A stretch of 32,000 bases of DNA from Pirellula staleyi DSM 6068 (GCA_000025185.1 CP001848.1:5220001-5252000); one strand, 5' to 3'. Positions 16,367-24,075 are shown, counted from the first letter of the stretch. A program made the numbers and translations. The notes: generated by a model from the letters alone, not told the origin.

Positions 16367-18967
16367 GTGTCGCTATTTTCGATCACCTGCACCACTTGCA
16401 AAACGCGGCTGAAGGTTCGCGATGCGTCGGCAATTGGCCAGATTATGGCTTGCCCACGTTGCGGTGGCATGGTGATGGTGAAGGCGCCCGATCCGAGTGC
16501 CAGCGAAGTGGAAGAGTCGAGCCCGATCGATCCACGCTATTTGCAGCATGCCCAGGGGGACACGATTGGGGACTCGGCATTCGAGGGGATCGACGATCTG
16601 CTCGAAGGGCGTCAGCCAACGCAGGCTCCTACGCCGACGGCCAAGCCAGCGCCGATAGCGAAACCAACTCCTACTGCGAAACCGACTCCACCCGTCGCTC
16701 CTCCAGCGCCCGCAGCGCCGGCGGCAATCGCTGCCACACCCGCAGCGGATAAAAAACCGGTCGCCGAAAAACTTCAGCGCGAGAAGCAGACGGCCGAGAA
16801 ACCAGTTGCCGAAAAACCGACGAGCGAGAAGCCCGCCGTCGCGCCTGCTACAGCTCCTGCAAAACCTGCCAAACCGATCGCTCCGAAGCCCCCCGGTGAG
16901 AAAACAGCCTCGCAGCTGCAGGACGAAAAAGAGACTCGCTCTTTCGACGAACCTTCGCTCGCCCCCGAGCCCAAGGTTGCACCCTCAGTCGCCGCCACCA
17001 CCGCGGTTGCCACTCCCGCTGCAGCCCCGAAGCTGCCAGCGACCGCGCACGACCCACGTTCGAGCGCGGGGCTTGTGCACTCGCCGCAGTCGCTCCCAGG
17101 TCCACCAGGTCAGTCACCAAGTCCGTCGGCTGAAGAGAGTGGCGTAACACCACTTCCGCCAGGCGACTGGAACGAGCGTCGACCCTGGCGTTTTGGTTTG
17201 GTCGTCGGAGGCTCCGTCGCGGCGGGAATTCTTCTGGCAGTTGGTGTCGTCATCGTTTCGCTCCGGATCTTCCAAGGGAAGAACGAAGCGGAACTAGCGG
17301 AGGCGATTCCCACGAGCTCGCAAACGGGCGAGAACACCGCGGCGAACACTCCGAGTACAAGCAATCCTAATTCGGGCAATCCGAACTCGAATCCGGCGAC
17401 ACCCGCGCCAGCTCCCGCTGAAACACCAGCGGAAACAGCGGCGACTGAAGTCCCTGCAGAAGTGCCAGGTGAACTTCCCGGCGAGATGCCTGCAGAGGCC
17501 AATCCTCCACTCAATCCGACCGAAGTTCCTCCTGTAGAAGGTCCCGCTGCAGCACCGGCCTTACCTCCTCGCGAAAATCCTGGCGAGGGGCCGCTCGTCG
17601 ATCCTGTTCCAGCAACTCCGCCCGGCGAGCAACCGAGCGTAAAACCAAGTAATCCTAGTGCCAATCCGCTGGGACAATTCGGGGAACTAATCGAAGGGGA
17701 TCGGGCCAATCCGCTGCCTGATGTCGAAGCACCGCTGATGGCGGGCGAACTTCCGATCGATGCGATGCCAGCTACGGCCGATGCGCTGCCACGCCCCGCT
17801 CCGCGGACTGTCGATGTCGCCAAGCGACTGGCCGACCCGATTCCGTCGATTGAGATGAGTGGTGTTCCGCTCCTCGATGTGCTCGACGTCTTTTCCAGCA
17901 TCAGCACGATTCCGATCACGCTCCGCGCCGACGGTTTGCCGATGGTGAAAGCGTCGGCCACTGCGCCAGTCACTTACAAAGGGACGAGCACCACGGTGGG
18001 AATCGCTCTGCGCGATGCACTCACGCCACTAGGACTGGCCTACACCGTCGATGGCGAGCAGCTACTCGTGGGTCTGCGCGAGCCAGCTGAACTAGCCGTG
18101 ATTCGCTATCCCGTGAAAGACCTGACGACCGACGACCCCGAGCGCACTGCCGAACTTGTGAAAACGATTCGCGAGATGGTGACTCCCGAAGCCTGGAGCG
18201 ATGATCCGGCAGGACCACGCATCAGCGAAGAGCCAGGAATTCTGGCGATCGCTAACACCCGCGAAGCGCACTGGCAAATCGTTCTGCTGAGCGAAAAACT
18301 GCGCCAGGCTCGACGCCTTCCCCAGCTCAGCCGCTTCGATCGCACACTCTTCGAACTTTCGACACGCACCGATCGTGCACGCGCCACGCTGGCCAAACCG
18401 GTGATGCTCAACTTCTCGCAAGGGGATCGTTTTGCGAACATCGTGAAGCGACTGGCGCAAACGACCGCGACGAGCATCTTGATCAACTGGCATTCGCTCG
18501 CCTTGGCGGGATGGAATCCCGATGCCGAAGTCGCGCTGCTGGCGGAGAACATTCCACTCGAGACGGCCCTTGTAAAACTCCTCGCGCCGATGGACCTGGA
18601 CTATCGCGTGATCGATGCCACCACGATTGAAATCGTGGCGAAGTCGACAGCCGAGAGTCAGACGGAACTCGAACTCTACCGCATCGATCCCCTGCTGGTG
18701 GCCGACCCCAACGGCGAAACACTCCTGGCCGAGATTGCAGCGACCCTGCCACCGGGCATGCTCGAAGGGGAAGAGGCCCCGTGGCGATTGCTCGTCGATC
18801 TGGAAGGGAAGTGCCTGATGGCCCGTTTGCCCCAGCCAATTCAAAAACAGCTGCAGGCCGAAATTGGCCGCCGCATCGCTGCGAGCAGCAGCACGCCGGC
18901 AACAGCCGAGCGGAGTCCAGCGCCTGCTGTCGCACCATCGGCAGCACTTCAGCCGACCGGTTCGTAA
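16367..18967 (+). CDS. Zinc-ribbon (MJ0042-type) membrane protein with Pro/Ala/Lys-rich spacers and C-terminal STN-like modules
   Basis: The gene has a GTG start. The N-terminal zinc ribbon is CTTCKTRLKV...CPRCGG. The repeats (AKPxPx)3 and EKPVAEKPTSEKP follow. A TM helix (FGLVVGGSVAAGILLAVGVVIVSL) is present. Two modules at the C-terminus resemble secretin/TonB short N-terminal folds (VPLLDVLDVFSSISTIPITL... and VMLNFSQGDRFANIVKRLAQTT...). Confidence 0.7.
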   Translation: MSLFSITCTTCKTRLKVRDASAIGQIMACPRCGGMVMVKAPDPSASEVEESSPIDPRYLQHAQGDTIGDSAFEGIDDLLEGRQPTQAPTPTAKPAPIAKPTPTAKPTPPVAPPAPAAPAAIAATPAADKKPVAEKLQREKQTAEKPVAEKPTSEKPAVAPATAPAKPAKPIAPKPPGEKTASQLQDEKETRSFDEPSLAPEPKVAPSVAATTAVATPAAAPKLPATAHDPRSSAGLVHSPQSLPGPPGQSPSPSAEESGVTPLPPGDWNERRPWRFGLVVGGSVAAGILLAVGVVIVSLRIFQGKNEAELAEAIPTSSQTGENTAANTPSTSNPNSGNPNSNPATPAPAPAETPAETAATEVPAEVPGELPGEMPAEANPPLNPTEVPPVEGPAAAPALPPRENPGEGPLVDPVPATPPGEQPSVKPSNPSANPLGQFGELIEGDRANPLPDVEAPLMAGELPIDAMPATADALPRPAPRTVDVAKRLADPIPSIEMSGVPLLDVLDVFSSISTIPITLRADGLPMVKASATAPVTYKGTSTTVGIALRDALTPLGLAYTVDGEQLLVGLREPAELAVIRYPVKDLTTDDPERTAELVKTIREMVTPEAWSDDPAGPRISEEPGILAIANTREAHWQIVLLSEKLRQARRLPQLSRFDRTLFELSTRTDRARATLAKPVMLNFSQGDRFANIVKRLAQTTATSILINWHSLALAGWNPDAEVALLAENIPLETALVKLLAPMDLDYRVIDATTIEIVAKSTAESQTELELYRIDPLLVADPNGETLLAEIAATLPPGMLEGEEAPWRLLVDLEGKCLMARLPQPIQKQLQAEIGRRIAASSSTPATAERSPAPAVAPSAALQPTGS
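16640..16693 (+). repeat. Coding tandem repeat, 3 x 18 bp, encoding AKPAPI-AKPTPT-AKPTPP
   Basis: Read directly from the sequence and in frame with CDS 16367..18967. Confidence 0.6.
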
Positions 18968-19423
18968 GCTTGCGCTCCGATCCACCTGTCTGTCGATCGT
19001 CAGGTGTTGCCGCCATGCCCGCCTGATCTGCACCCAAGTGTCGTGCATATCCGGGCAATTTCTGGCGCTCCTAGTGCCAAGTTCACCTGCCCCGAAGGAA
19101 TCGGCATTAACGGGCAAATAGTCGGTAGCTGGCCCAAATCGGCATTTAATGCGATTTAAAGTCGCACTAGGGGCCTGCTTCGCACCTCTTTTGGGTTGGT
19201 CGACCGAATCGCCATCAGAAACCTTTTAGAAAGTAGCTCTAAAGGGTGGAAACTGAGTTGCCATGGATCGGCATCGTTGCTACTGTTCAACAGAAGATTA
19301 CAATTCTGTAAGGTTCTCTCTGCATCCCGTCCGATGACGTGGAGCGGGCGATCCACAAGGCCGGATGGGTTCCTTTTCACCTGTTTGCAGCCGGGGCAAG
19401 CGATGATTTCAGAACCTAGGGAG

Positions 19424-20113
19424 ATGGCGATGGAAAAGATTCTGGCAGGCGTTCATAAGTTCCGCCGCAGCGTATATCCGCGCGATCGCCAGTTCTTTCA
19501 GCAACTCTCCGAGAAGGATCAGAAGCCGAAGGCGCTGTTCATCACGTGCAGCGATTCGCGCGTCGACCCGAACCTCATCACGCAAACTGAACCGGGGGAT
19601 TTGTTTCTCGTTCGTAATGCTGGCAACCTGGTTCCACCTTATGCCGGTATTGCCAGTGGCGAAGCCGCCACGATCGAATATTCGATCGAAGTGCTAGGAA
19701 TCAAGAACATTATTGTGTGTGGCCACTCGCAATGTGGCGCGATGCGCGGACTCTTGAACCCACAAATCGCCGAAAATTTGCCAGCGGTGAAGATGTGGTT
19801 CAATCACGCTGAAACGACGCGCCGCATCGTGAAGAACAAGTACCAGAACCTTGCCCCGCAGGAACTGATTGTCGCCGCCACGGAAGAGAACGTGCTGGTT
19901 CAGCTGAACAACCTCAGCACGCACCCCGCCGTGGCCGCACGCCTGTCGGCCGGTGAAGTGCGAATTTTTGGCTGGTACTACGACATCGGCAGTGGGTGCA
20001 TCAGCCAGTTCGATCAGCAGCAGGGGCGTTTTGTGGAACTCGGTGCCCAGGCCTACGCCACGGCTCCACTTCCGATCCGCACCAACGACGAAACCACGTC
20101 GGCTGTGAGCTAA
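19424..20113 (+). CDS. Beta-class carbonic anhydrase
   Basis: Zinc-ligand motifs FITCSDSRV and VCGHSQCGAM are present, along with FLVRNAGN. The ORF is open from 19196, but homology starts at MAMEKILAGVHKF. ATG codons at 19424 and 19430 follow an agggag SD-like element. Confidence 0.9.
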   Translation: MAMEKILAGVHKFRRSVYPRDRQFFQQLSEKDQKPKALFITCSDSRVDPNLITQTEPGDLFLVRNAGNLVPPYAGIASGEAATIEYSIEVLGIKNIIVCGHSQCGAMRGLLNPQIAENLPAVKMWFNHAETTRRIVKNKYQNLAPQELIVAATEENVLVQLNNLSTHPAVAARLSAGEVRIFGWYYDIGSGCISQFDQQQGRFVELGAQAYATAPLPIRTNDETTSAVS

Positions 20114-20184
20114 CGGTTGCTCCGGCGTGGTCGATCAACCACCTGCTGGGCAGACGATTTTTCGCTCCCATCTTGCAACTTTCG

Positions 20185-20220
20185 ACTCCCACGGCCTGCA
20201 CTGGTCGGGGAGTTTTTCTT
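20185..20220 (+). terminator. Rho-independent terminator downstream of the carbonic anhydrase gene
   Basis: The sequence is ACTCCC-A-CGGCC tgcact GGTCG GGGAGT TTTTTCTT. It forms an 11-bp GC-rich stem (one bulged A, one G-U pair) with a 6-nt loop and a T-tract. Confidence 0.75.
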
Positions 20221-20512
20221 GCGCTTGCGGCGCTCGATTAGCAGCCTAAGTGACGCCCGACAAAACGGCACACATCAGAGGCCTGCCGATCGTCATAACC
20301 GGCTGTTTTGCCACGAGTTAAGCGGTTAGCGAGCACGCCCCAGCGCCACGCTTTCCAGCCTGTGTGATGCAGCAGTGGTAGAATACATGTAGCGGCAGAA
20401 GGGGAACCGTTCGAACGAGCGATCGCCTCCCGCCGAACCTCTTCTATGCTTGGTGCCGCTCGAGCGAAACCACGCATGCTTGCGACGATCATTTCCGGGA
20501 GATCCGATCACC

Positions 20513-21748
20513 ATGAAGGCTTTCGAGGCGACTCAGCTGTACTTCGACCGTGCCGCCGCACGTTTGGAACTCTCGGACAACATGCGTAAGTTGCTCCTCA
20601 CCCCCAAGCGCGAAGTGCAGGTGCAGATTCCGGTTGAGATGGATGATGGTCGGCTCGAGACCTTCATCGGCTACCGGGTTCAGCACGACGATTCGCGTGG
20701 ACCCATGAAAGGTGGCCTGCGCTACCACCACGATGTCGATCTCGACGAAGTTCGCGCGCTCGCCGCGCTGATGACCTGGAAGACGGCTGTTGTCGATCTC
20801 CCGTACGGTGGCGCCAAAGGTGGTATCGCCATCGACCCACGTAAACTGAGCCTCAAAGAGCTCGAGCGAATCACGCGTAAGTTTATCGATCAAATTCACG
20901 ACGTGATTGGTCCCGACACCGACATTCCCGCCCCTGACATGGGAACCGGTTCGCGCGAGATGGCGTGGATGCGCAACCAGTGGGAAAAGTATCACGGCTT
21001 TAACCCGGCTGTGTTCACCGGTAAGCCGGTCGAACTCTATGGTGCTGAAGGACGCGAAGAAGCGACCGGTCGTGGTGTCGGCATTCTGGCTTATAAGCTC
21101 CTGGGACATCTCGGCCGCAAACCGCAAAACACTAAAGTCGCACTGCAAGGGTTTGGTAACGTCGGCTCGCATGCTGCGAAGTTTTTGTATGAGTCGGAAT
21201 ATAAAGTGGTGGCGGTGAGCGACCATACAGCTGCCTACTATAACCCCGACGGCATCGATATCTCGAAGCTGCTGAAGTTCACTCTCAGCAATAAGGGTTT
21301 GCTCGCTGGGTTTAACGAAGCCGAGCGAATCAGCGGCGACGAGCTGCTCGAGTTGCCTGTCGATTTGCTGATTCCAGCAGCTCTTGGTGGAGTGATCACG
21401 GCCAAGAATGCCACGCGCATCAAAGCGCCGCTGATCATCGAAGCGGCCAACGCGCCGGTTGATCCCGAAGCCGACCAAATCCTTCACGAGCGGGGCGTAA
21501 CGCTCCTCCCCGACATCCTGGCCAATGCCGGCGGTGTGACGGTGAGCTATTTCGAATGGGTCCAGAATCGCCAGTTCTATAAATGGGGTCTCAATCGCGT
21601 TCGGCAAGAACTCGACCGTGTGCTGTCGCAAGCCTTCGAGTCGGTCTGGCACGAGGCGAAAATCCAGGAATGCAGTCTGAGAACCGCAGCCTATATCATC
21701 GCCATTCGTCGGGTGCAAACCGCCACGCTCCTGAGTGGCCACGGATAG
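20513..21748 (+). CDS. gdhA: Glutamate dehydrogenase (Glu/Leu/Phe/Val dehydrogenase family)
   Basis: GGLRYHHDVDLDEVRALAALMTWKTAVVDLPYGGAKGGI includes the catalytic-Lys motif. The Rossmann loop is LQGFGNVGSHAAK. The ATG at 20513 (MKAFEATQLYF) matches the usual N-terminus. Confidence 0.95.
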   Translation: MKAFEATQLYFDRAAARLELSDNMRKLLLTPKREVQVQIPVEMDDGRLETFIGYRVQHDDSRGPMKGGLRYHHDVDLDEVRALAALMTWKTAVVDLPYGGAKGGIAIDPRKLSLKELERITRKFIDQIHDVIGPDTDIPAPDMGTGSREMAWMRNQWEKYHGFNPAVFTGKPVELYGAEGREEATGRGVGILAYKLLGHLGRKPQNTKVALQGFGNVGSHAAKFLYESEYKVVAVSDHTAAYYNPDGIDISKLLKFTLSNKGLLAGFNEAERISGDELLELPVDLLIPAALGGVITAKNATRIKAPLIIEAANAPVDPEADQILHERGVTLLPDILANAGGVTVSYFEWVQNRQFYKWGLNRVRQELDRVLSQAFESVWHEAKIQECSLRTAAYIIAIRRVQTATLLSGHG

Positions 21749-21858
21749 TGCGCATCAATTTCATCGAGAATTGATTGAGTTCTACCATTTAAACTTCTTA
21801 GAATCGGGCAGCATTGTTTGGCTACCCCGAATCTTGGCAGGTATTGGTAGACGCTCTT

Positions 21859-22317
21859 ATGGCCGACTTCAGTCTGCTGCCGATCATAATCTCGGCCTTC
21901 ACCGGCGGCGCTGCGGGCGCGGTGATCACCGCCATTGCCACCAACCGTCGCGGGCAGCGTGATCTGGGTGTGAAGTTCGCCGAGAAATACCTCGACATGT
22001 TCGAGAAGATCGCCGCAGCCAAGACGATTCTTAAAGACCCTAGCGACCTCAACGATCCCGCCAAACGCAACCAAGTGATTCTCGTGGTGAACTGGTTCGA
22101 ACTGGTCAGCACCTGCTATCTCAACGGGCTGGTCGATGCCGATCTGGTGCGGGCCTTTGAGCTCCCGCAAATCGCCACGCGGTTCTACCACAGCTTTTCT
22201 GAAGCTCAGCGAGTGGGCGATGCGGGAGCACTCGTAGCCGCCTTCTCGCGCGAGCAAGTGGCGGGGCTCACCGCGCTACGTCGACTCAGTAGTGGCGAAG
22301 TTCCTCAGCTCGGCTGA
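21859..22317 (+). CDS. Hypothetical single-pass membrane protein
   Basis: The N-terminal TM helix is FSLLPIIISAFTGGAAGAVITAIAT. A helical domain follows with VNWFELVSTCYLNGLVDADLV, which from memory resembles DUF4760-type small proteins (unverified). The start is uncertain (TTG 21814 or ATG 21859). Confidence 0.5.
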   Translation: MADFSLLPIIISAFTGGAAGAVITAIATNRRGQRDLGVKFAEKYLDMFEKIAAAKTILKDPSDLNDPAKRNQVILVVNWFELVSTCYLNGLVDADLVRAFELPQIATRFYHSFSEAQRVGDAGALVAAFSREQVAGLTALRRLSSGEVPQLG

Positions 22318-22337
22318 TTCCTTTAGGAGATCCTTGC

Positions 22338-22643
22338 ATGCCTGCTCCTCTGGTCCACTTGGCAGAGCAAATTGCCGAAAAATTTGCGGGGGACGAACGC
22401 TTCCTCGCGCAGCTATCGAGTCTGCTCGAAGCAATCAGCCGTGGCGATCGCTTTGAATCGGCCAAACGGGCGATAGGGGTCGGAACCTTCCTGATTGAGC
22501 CCGAAGATCTCACCAAGCCGATCGGCGACACCTCGGGGGGAACAGCCACGGGCGGCTCGGGGTCAGCAGCGTCGTCGCCAGTCGCGCGGGCGGTCACCCA
22601 GTGCCCGAAGTGCAAGGCAAAGCTGACGATCACACATCCCTAA
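22338..22643 (+). CDS. Small hypothetical protein: helical N-terminal region, Gly-rich hinge with GG motifs, Ser/Thr/Cys-rich C-terminal tail with a single CxxC
   Basis: A good SD (aggag) lies 9-10 nt upstream of the ATG, and the gene starts 20 nt after the preceding ORF. The sequence reads ...FLIEPEDLTKPIGDTSGG TATGG SGSAASSPVARAVTQCPKCKAKLTITHP. Confidence 0.5.
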   Translation: MPAPLVHLAEQIAEKFAGDERFLAQLSSLLEAISRGDRFESAKRAIGVGTFLIEPEDLTKPIGDTSGGTATGGSGSAASSPVARAVTQCPKCKAKLTITHP

Positions 22644-22672
22644 AAGAAGCTTTCCGCAAGAGAAGCGGCTGC

Positions 22673-23536
22673 TTAGCTTCGCTTGACGAGCCGCACGGCA
22701 TAGCCGCGCCACAGCGTTTGCATTTGCTCGCGGTCCCAGTGTTCAGCGCACGAGGCCATGGTGGGATCAGCAATCACGGCCGATCCCGTTTCGTTATAGC
22801 GCTGCAAAATCACCGAGTGATTTACCCCCGGAATCCAGCCGAACTCGTTGGTGTACTCTGAGTCGACCACTTGGCCAGCGGCAAGCCCCACGCTGAGAAT
22901 GATGGGGCGTTTCTCGGCCGCCATGGTCCGAAGTTCATCGATCGAGCACCGCTTTACCTCGACATCCCAGTGGCTCCCGGCGGTCTTCAGCTTGAGCCCT
23001 CGATACAAACCTTGCCAGCTGGTCCCCTGACGCGTCAGGCAAAGTTCGGCCATTTCCTGCTCGCTGGCAGCAATGCCGTGCTGTTTCAGCAGCGTCGCGG
23101 CACAAGCGGCCGAGCAGGTGAACTCGGTGGTTTGCAGGCAATTCCCTTGGGCATCCCACTTGGTCGAACAGGCGGGAGCTTGCCCCAAGATCGGCTGAAC
23201 GAGTGCAAAACCGCCAGCCAGGGTCAGTCCACCCGTAAACAAAGCCTGCCGCACAGGCTGACCGACGAGTCGTTTTCGCAAAACAGCCGCGAGCATGGCC
23301 GCAAACAGCGGGAGCCAGTTGCCGAGCACAACCAGCGAGGCGAAGGGGAGCAGGGTCGCTAGGCGGACGTCGTACCAAACGTAGTTCAAATACGTGAAGA
23401 GCCCCAGCACGATCCCCAGGGCCAGCAGATTACAGAGCCCGAACGACAGCCGGTGGATCACCAGGCTGGTGAGCAGAAACAAACCGAGCGCCGCGGCACC
23501 GATTGTCGCACACGCCAACACCAGGTCGTTCGTCAT
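22673..23536 (-). CDS. Polytopic membrane protein with a C-terminal C39-like (papain-fold) cysteine peptidase domain
   Basis: The first ~125 aa contain about 4-5 TM helices. The peptidase domain then shows Q-x5-C (LQTTEFTCSAACAATLLKQHGI), His (GVNHSVILQ) and Asp (VIADP) in the order and spacing of the C39 bacteriocin-processing peptidase family. Confidence 0.65.
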   Translation of the reverse strand: MTNDLVLACATIGAAALGLFLLTSLVIHRLSFGLCNLLALGIVLGLFTYLNYVWYDVRLATLLPFASLVVLGNWLPLFAAMLAAVLRKRLVGQPVRQALFTGGLTLAGGFALVQPILGQAPACSTKWDAQGNCLQTTEFTCSAACAATLLKQHGIAASEQEMAELCLTRQGTSWQGLYRGLKLKTAGSHWDVEVKRCSIDELRTMAAEKRPIILSVGLAAGQVVDSEYTNEFGWIPGVNHSVILQRYNETGSAVIADPTMASCAEHWDREQMQTLWRGYAVRLVKRS

Positions 23537-23610
23537 GCTCGACCTCCCTCATCCGCTGCACGACGCTGTCAGCAGCACTCGGCGGAGAATCACAGGGCGC
23601 AAATTCGAAA

Positions 23611-23713
23611 GAACATGAAGAACAAATGAAGATTGTTCAAATGTTCGATGATTTTCGAATCATAATTGGAATCGTCCAATGGGTCCACGACGGTTGATAC
23701 GAATTAACAATTC
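23611..23713. promoter_or_regulatory. Cluster of four adjacent short palindromes/hairpins in the relatively AT-rich spacer upstream of the C39-like gene
   Basis: Palindrome 1 is nested: gaacat-gaa-gaacaa/atgaaga/ttgttc-aa-atgttc (23611-23646). Palindrome 2 is atgatt/ttcg/aatcat (23648-23663). Palindrome 3 is attgga/atcg/tccaat (23665-23680). Palindrome 4 is gaatt/aac/aattc (23701-23713). A minus-strand TATGAT -10-like hexamer (23659-23664) overlaps palindrome 2. Confidence 0.5.
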
Positions 23714-23900
23714 GCGCCTGAATGAGCAGAAATCGCTAGAACGGCGCTAGTGACAGCCGCGCGAGCTAATGTGCGACACCTGGGGACTGAACACCAACGT
23801 GCCTGCCAGGTGGATGAAGAAGTTTGGCAAACTCCCGAACTGGCAGCCGTAGAACTCGCGGGGCCCAGCTTGACGCTGGGGAAGGCAGAAGGGGCCAAGA

Positions 23901-23941
23901 AACGAAAAAACGCCCAGCCAGTTCAGATTGGCTGAGCGTTT
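23901..23941 (-). terminator. Rho-independent terminator downstream of tRNA-Gln
   Basis: The minus strand reads AAACGCTCAGCCA atctgaac TGGCTGGGCGTTT TTTCG. It forms a 13-bp stem (one G-U pair) with an 8-nt loop and a run of six T. Confidence 0.75.
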
Positions 23942-23987
23942 CAGTGGCCGGCATCACACTGGACGTAAGTCCAAGCAGGATAAGAAG

Positions 23988-24058
23988 TTGACCTCCTAGG
24001 ATTTGAACCTAGACTAAATGATCCAGAATCATTCGTGCTACCGTTACACCAGAGGTCA
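23988..24058 (-). tRNA. tRNA-Gln (anticodon CTG)
   Basis: A manual cloverleaf was built from TGACCTC TG GTGT AACGGTA GCAC G AATGA TTCTGGA TCATT TAGT CTAGG TTCAAAT CCTAG GAGGTCA A. The 7-bp acceptor stem has the U1-A72 pair. U33 is present, the anticodon is CUG and the T-loop is TTCAAAT. No CCA is encoded. Confidence 0.9.
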
Positions 24059-24075
24059 GTCCGCTGTAGCAGCGT

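Noticed and set aside
16600-17700. The repetitive Pro/Ala/Lys/Glu-coding DNA here, and the Gly/Ser-coding DNA at 30560-31140, were considered as possible CRISPR or satellite repeats.
   Set aside because: The repeats are short, imperfect, in frame and translate to low-complexity protein linkers. There is no repeat-spacer periodicity and there are no cas genes.
19156-19380. A 74-aa minus-strand ORF lies in the spacer upstream of the carbonic anhydrase gene.
   Set aside because: It has a GTG start without an SD, no recognisable motif, and it overlaps the non-homologous 5' extension of the carbonic anhydrase ORF. There is no support beyond being open.
21749-24058. The gdh to tRNA-Gln interval might be a tRNA-integrated genomic island.
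   Set aside because: There is no integrase or recombinase gene. I could find no direct repeat of the tRNA 3' end near 21750-21860. There is no obvious compositional break apart from the short AT-rich spacer. It is treated as an accessory pocket, not a demonstrable mobile element.
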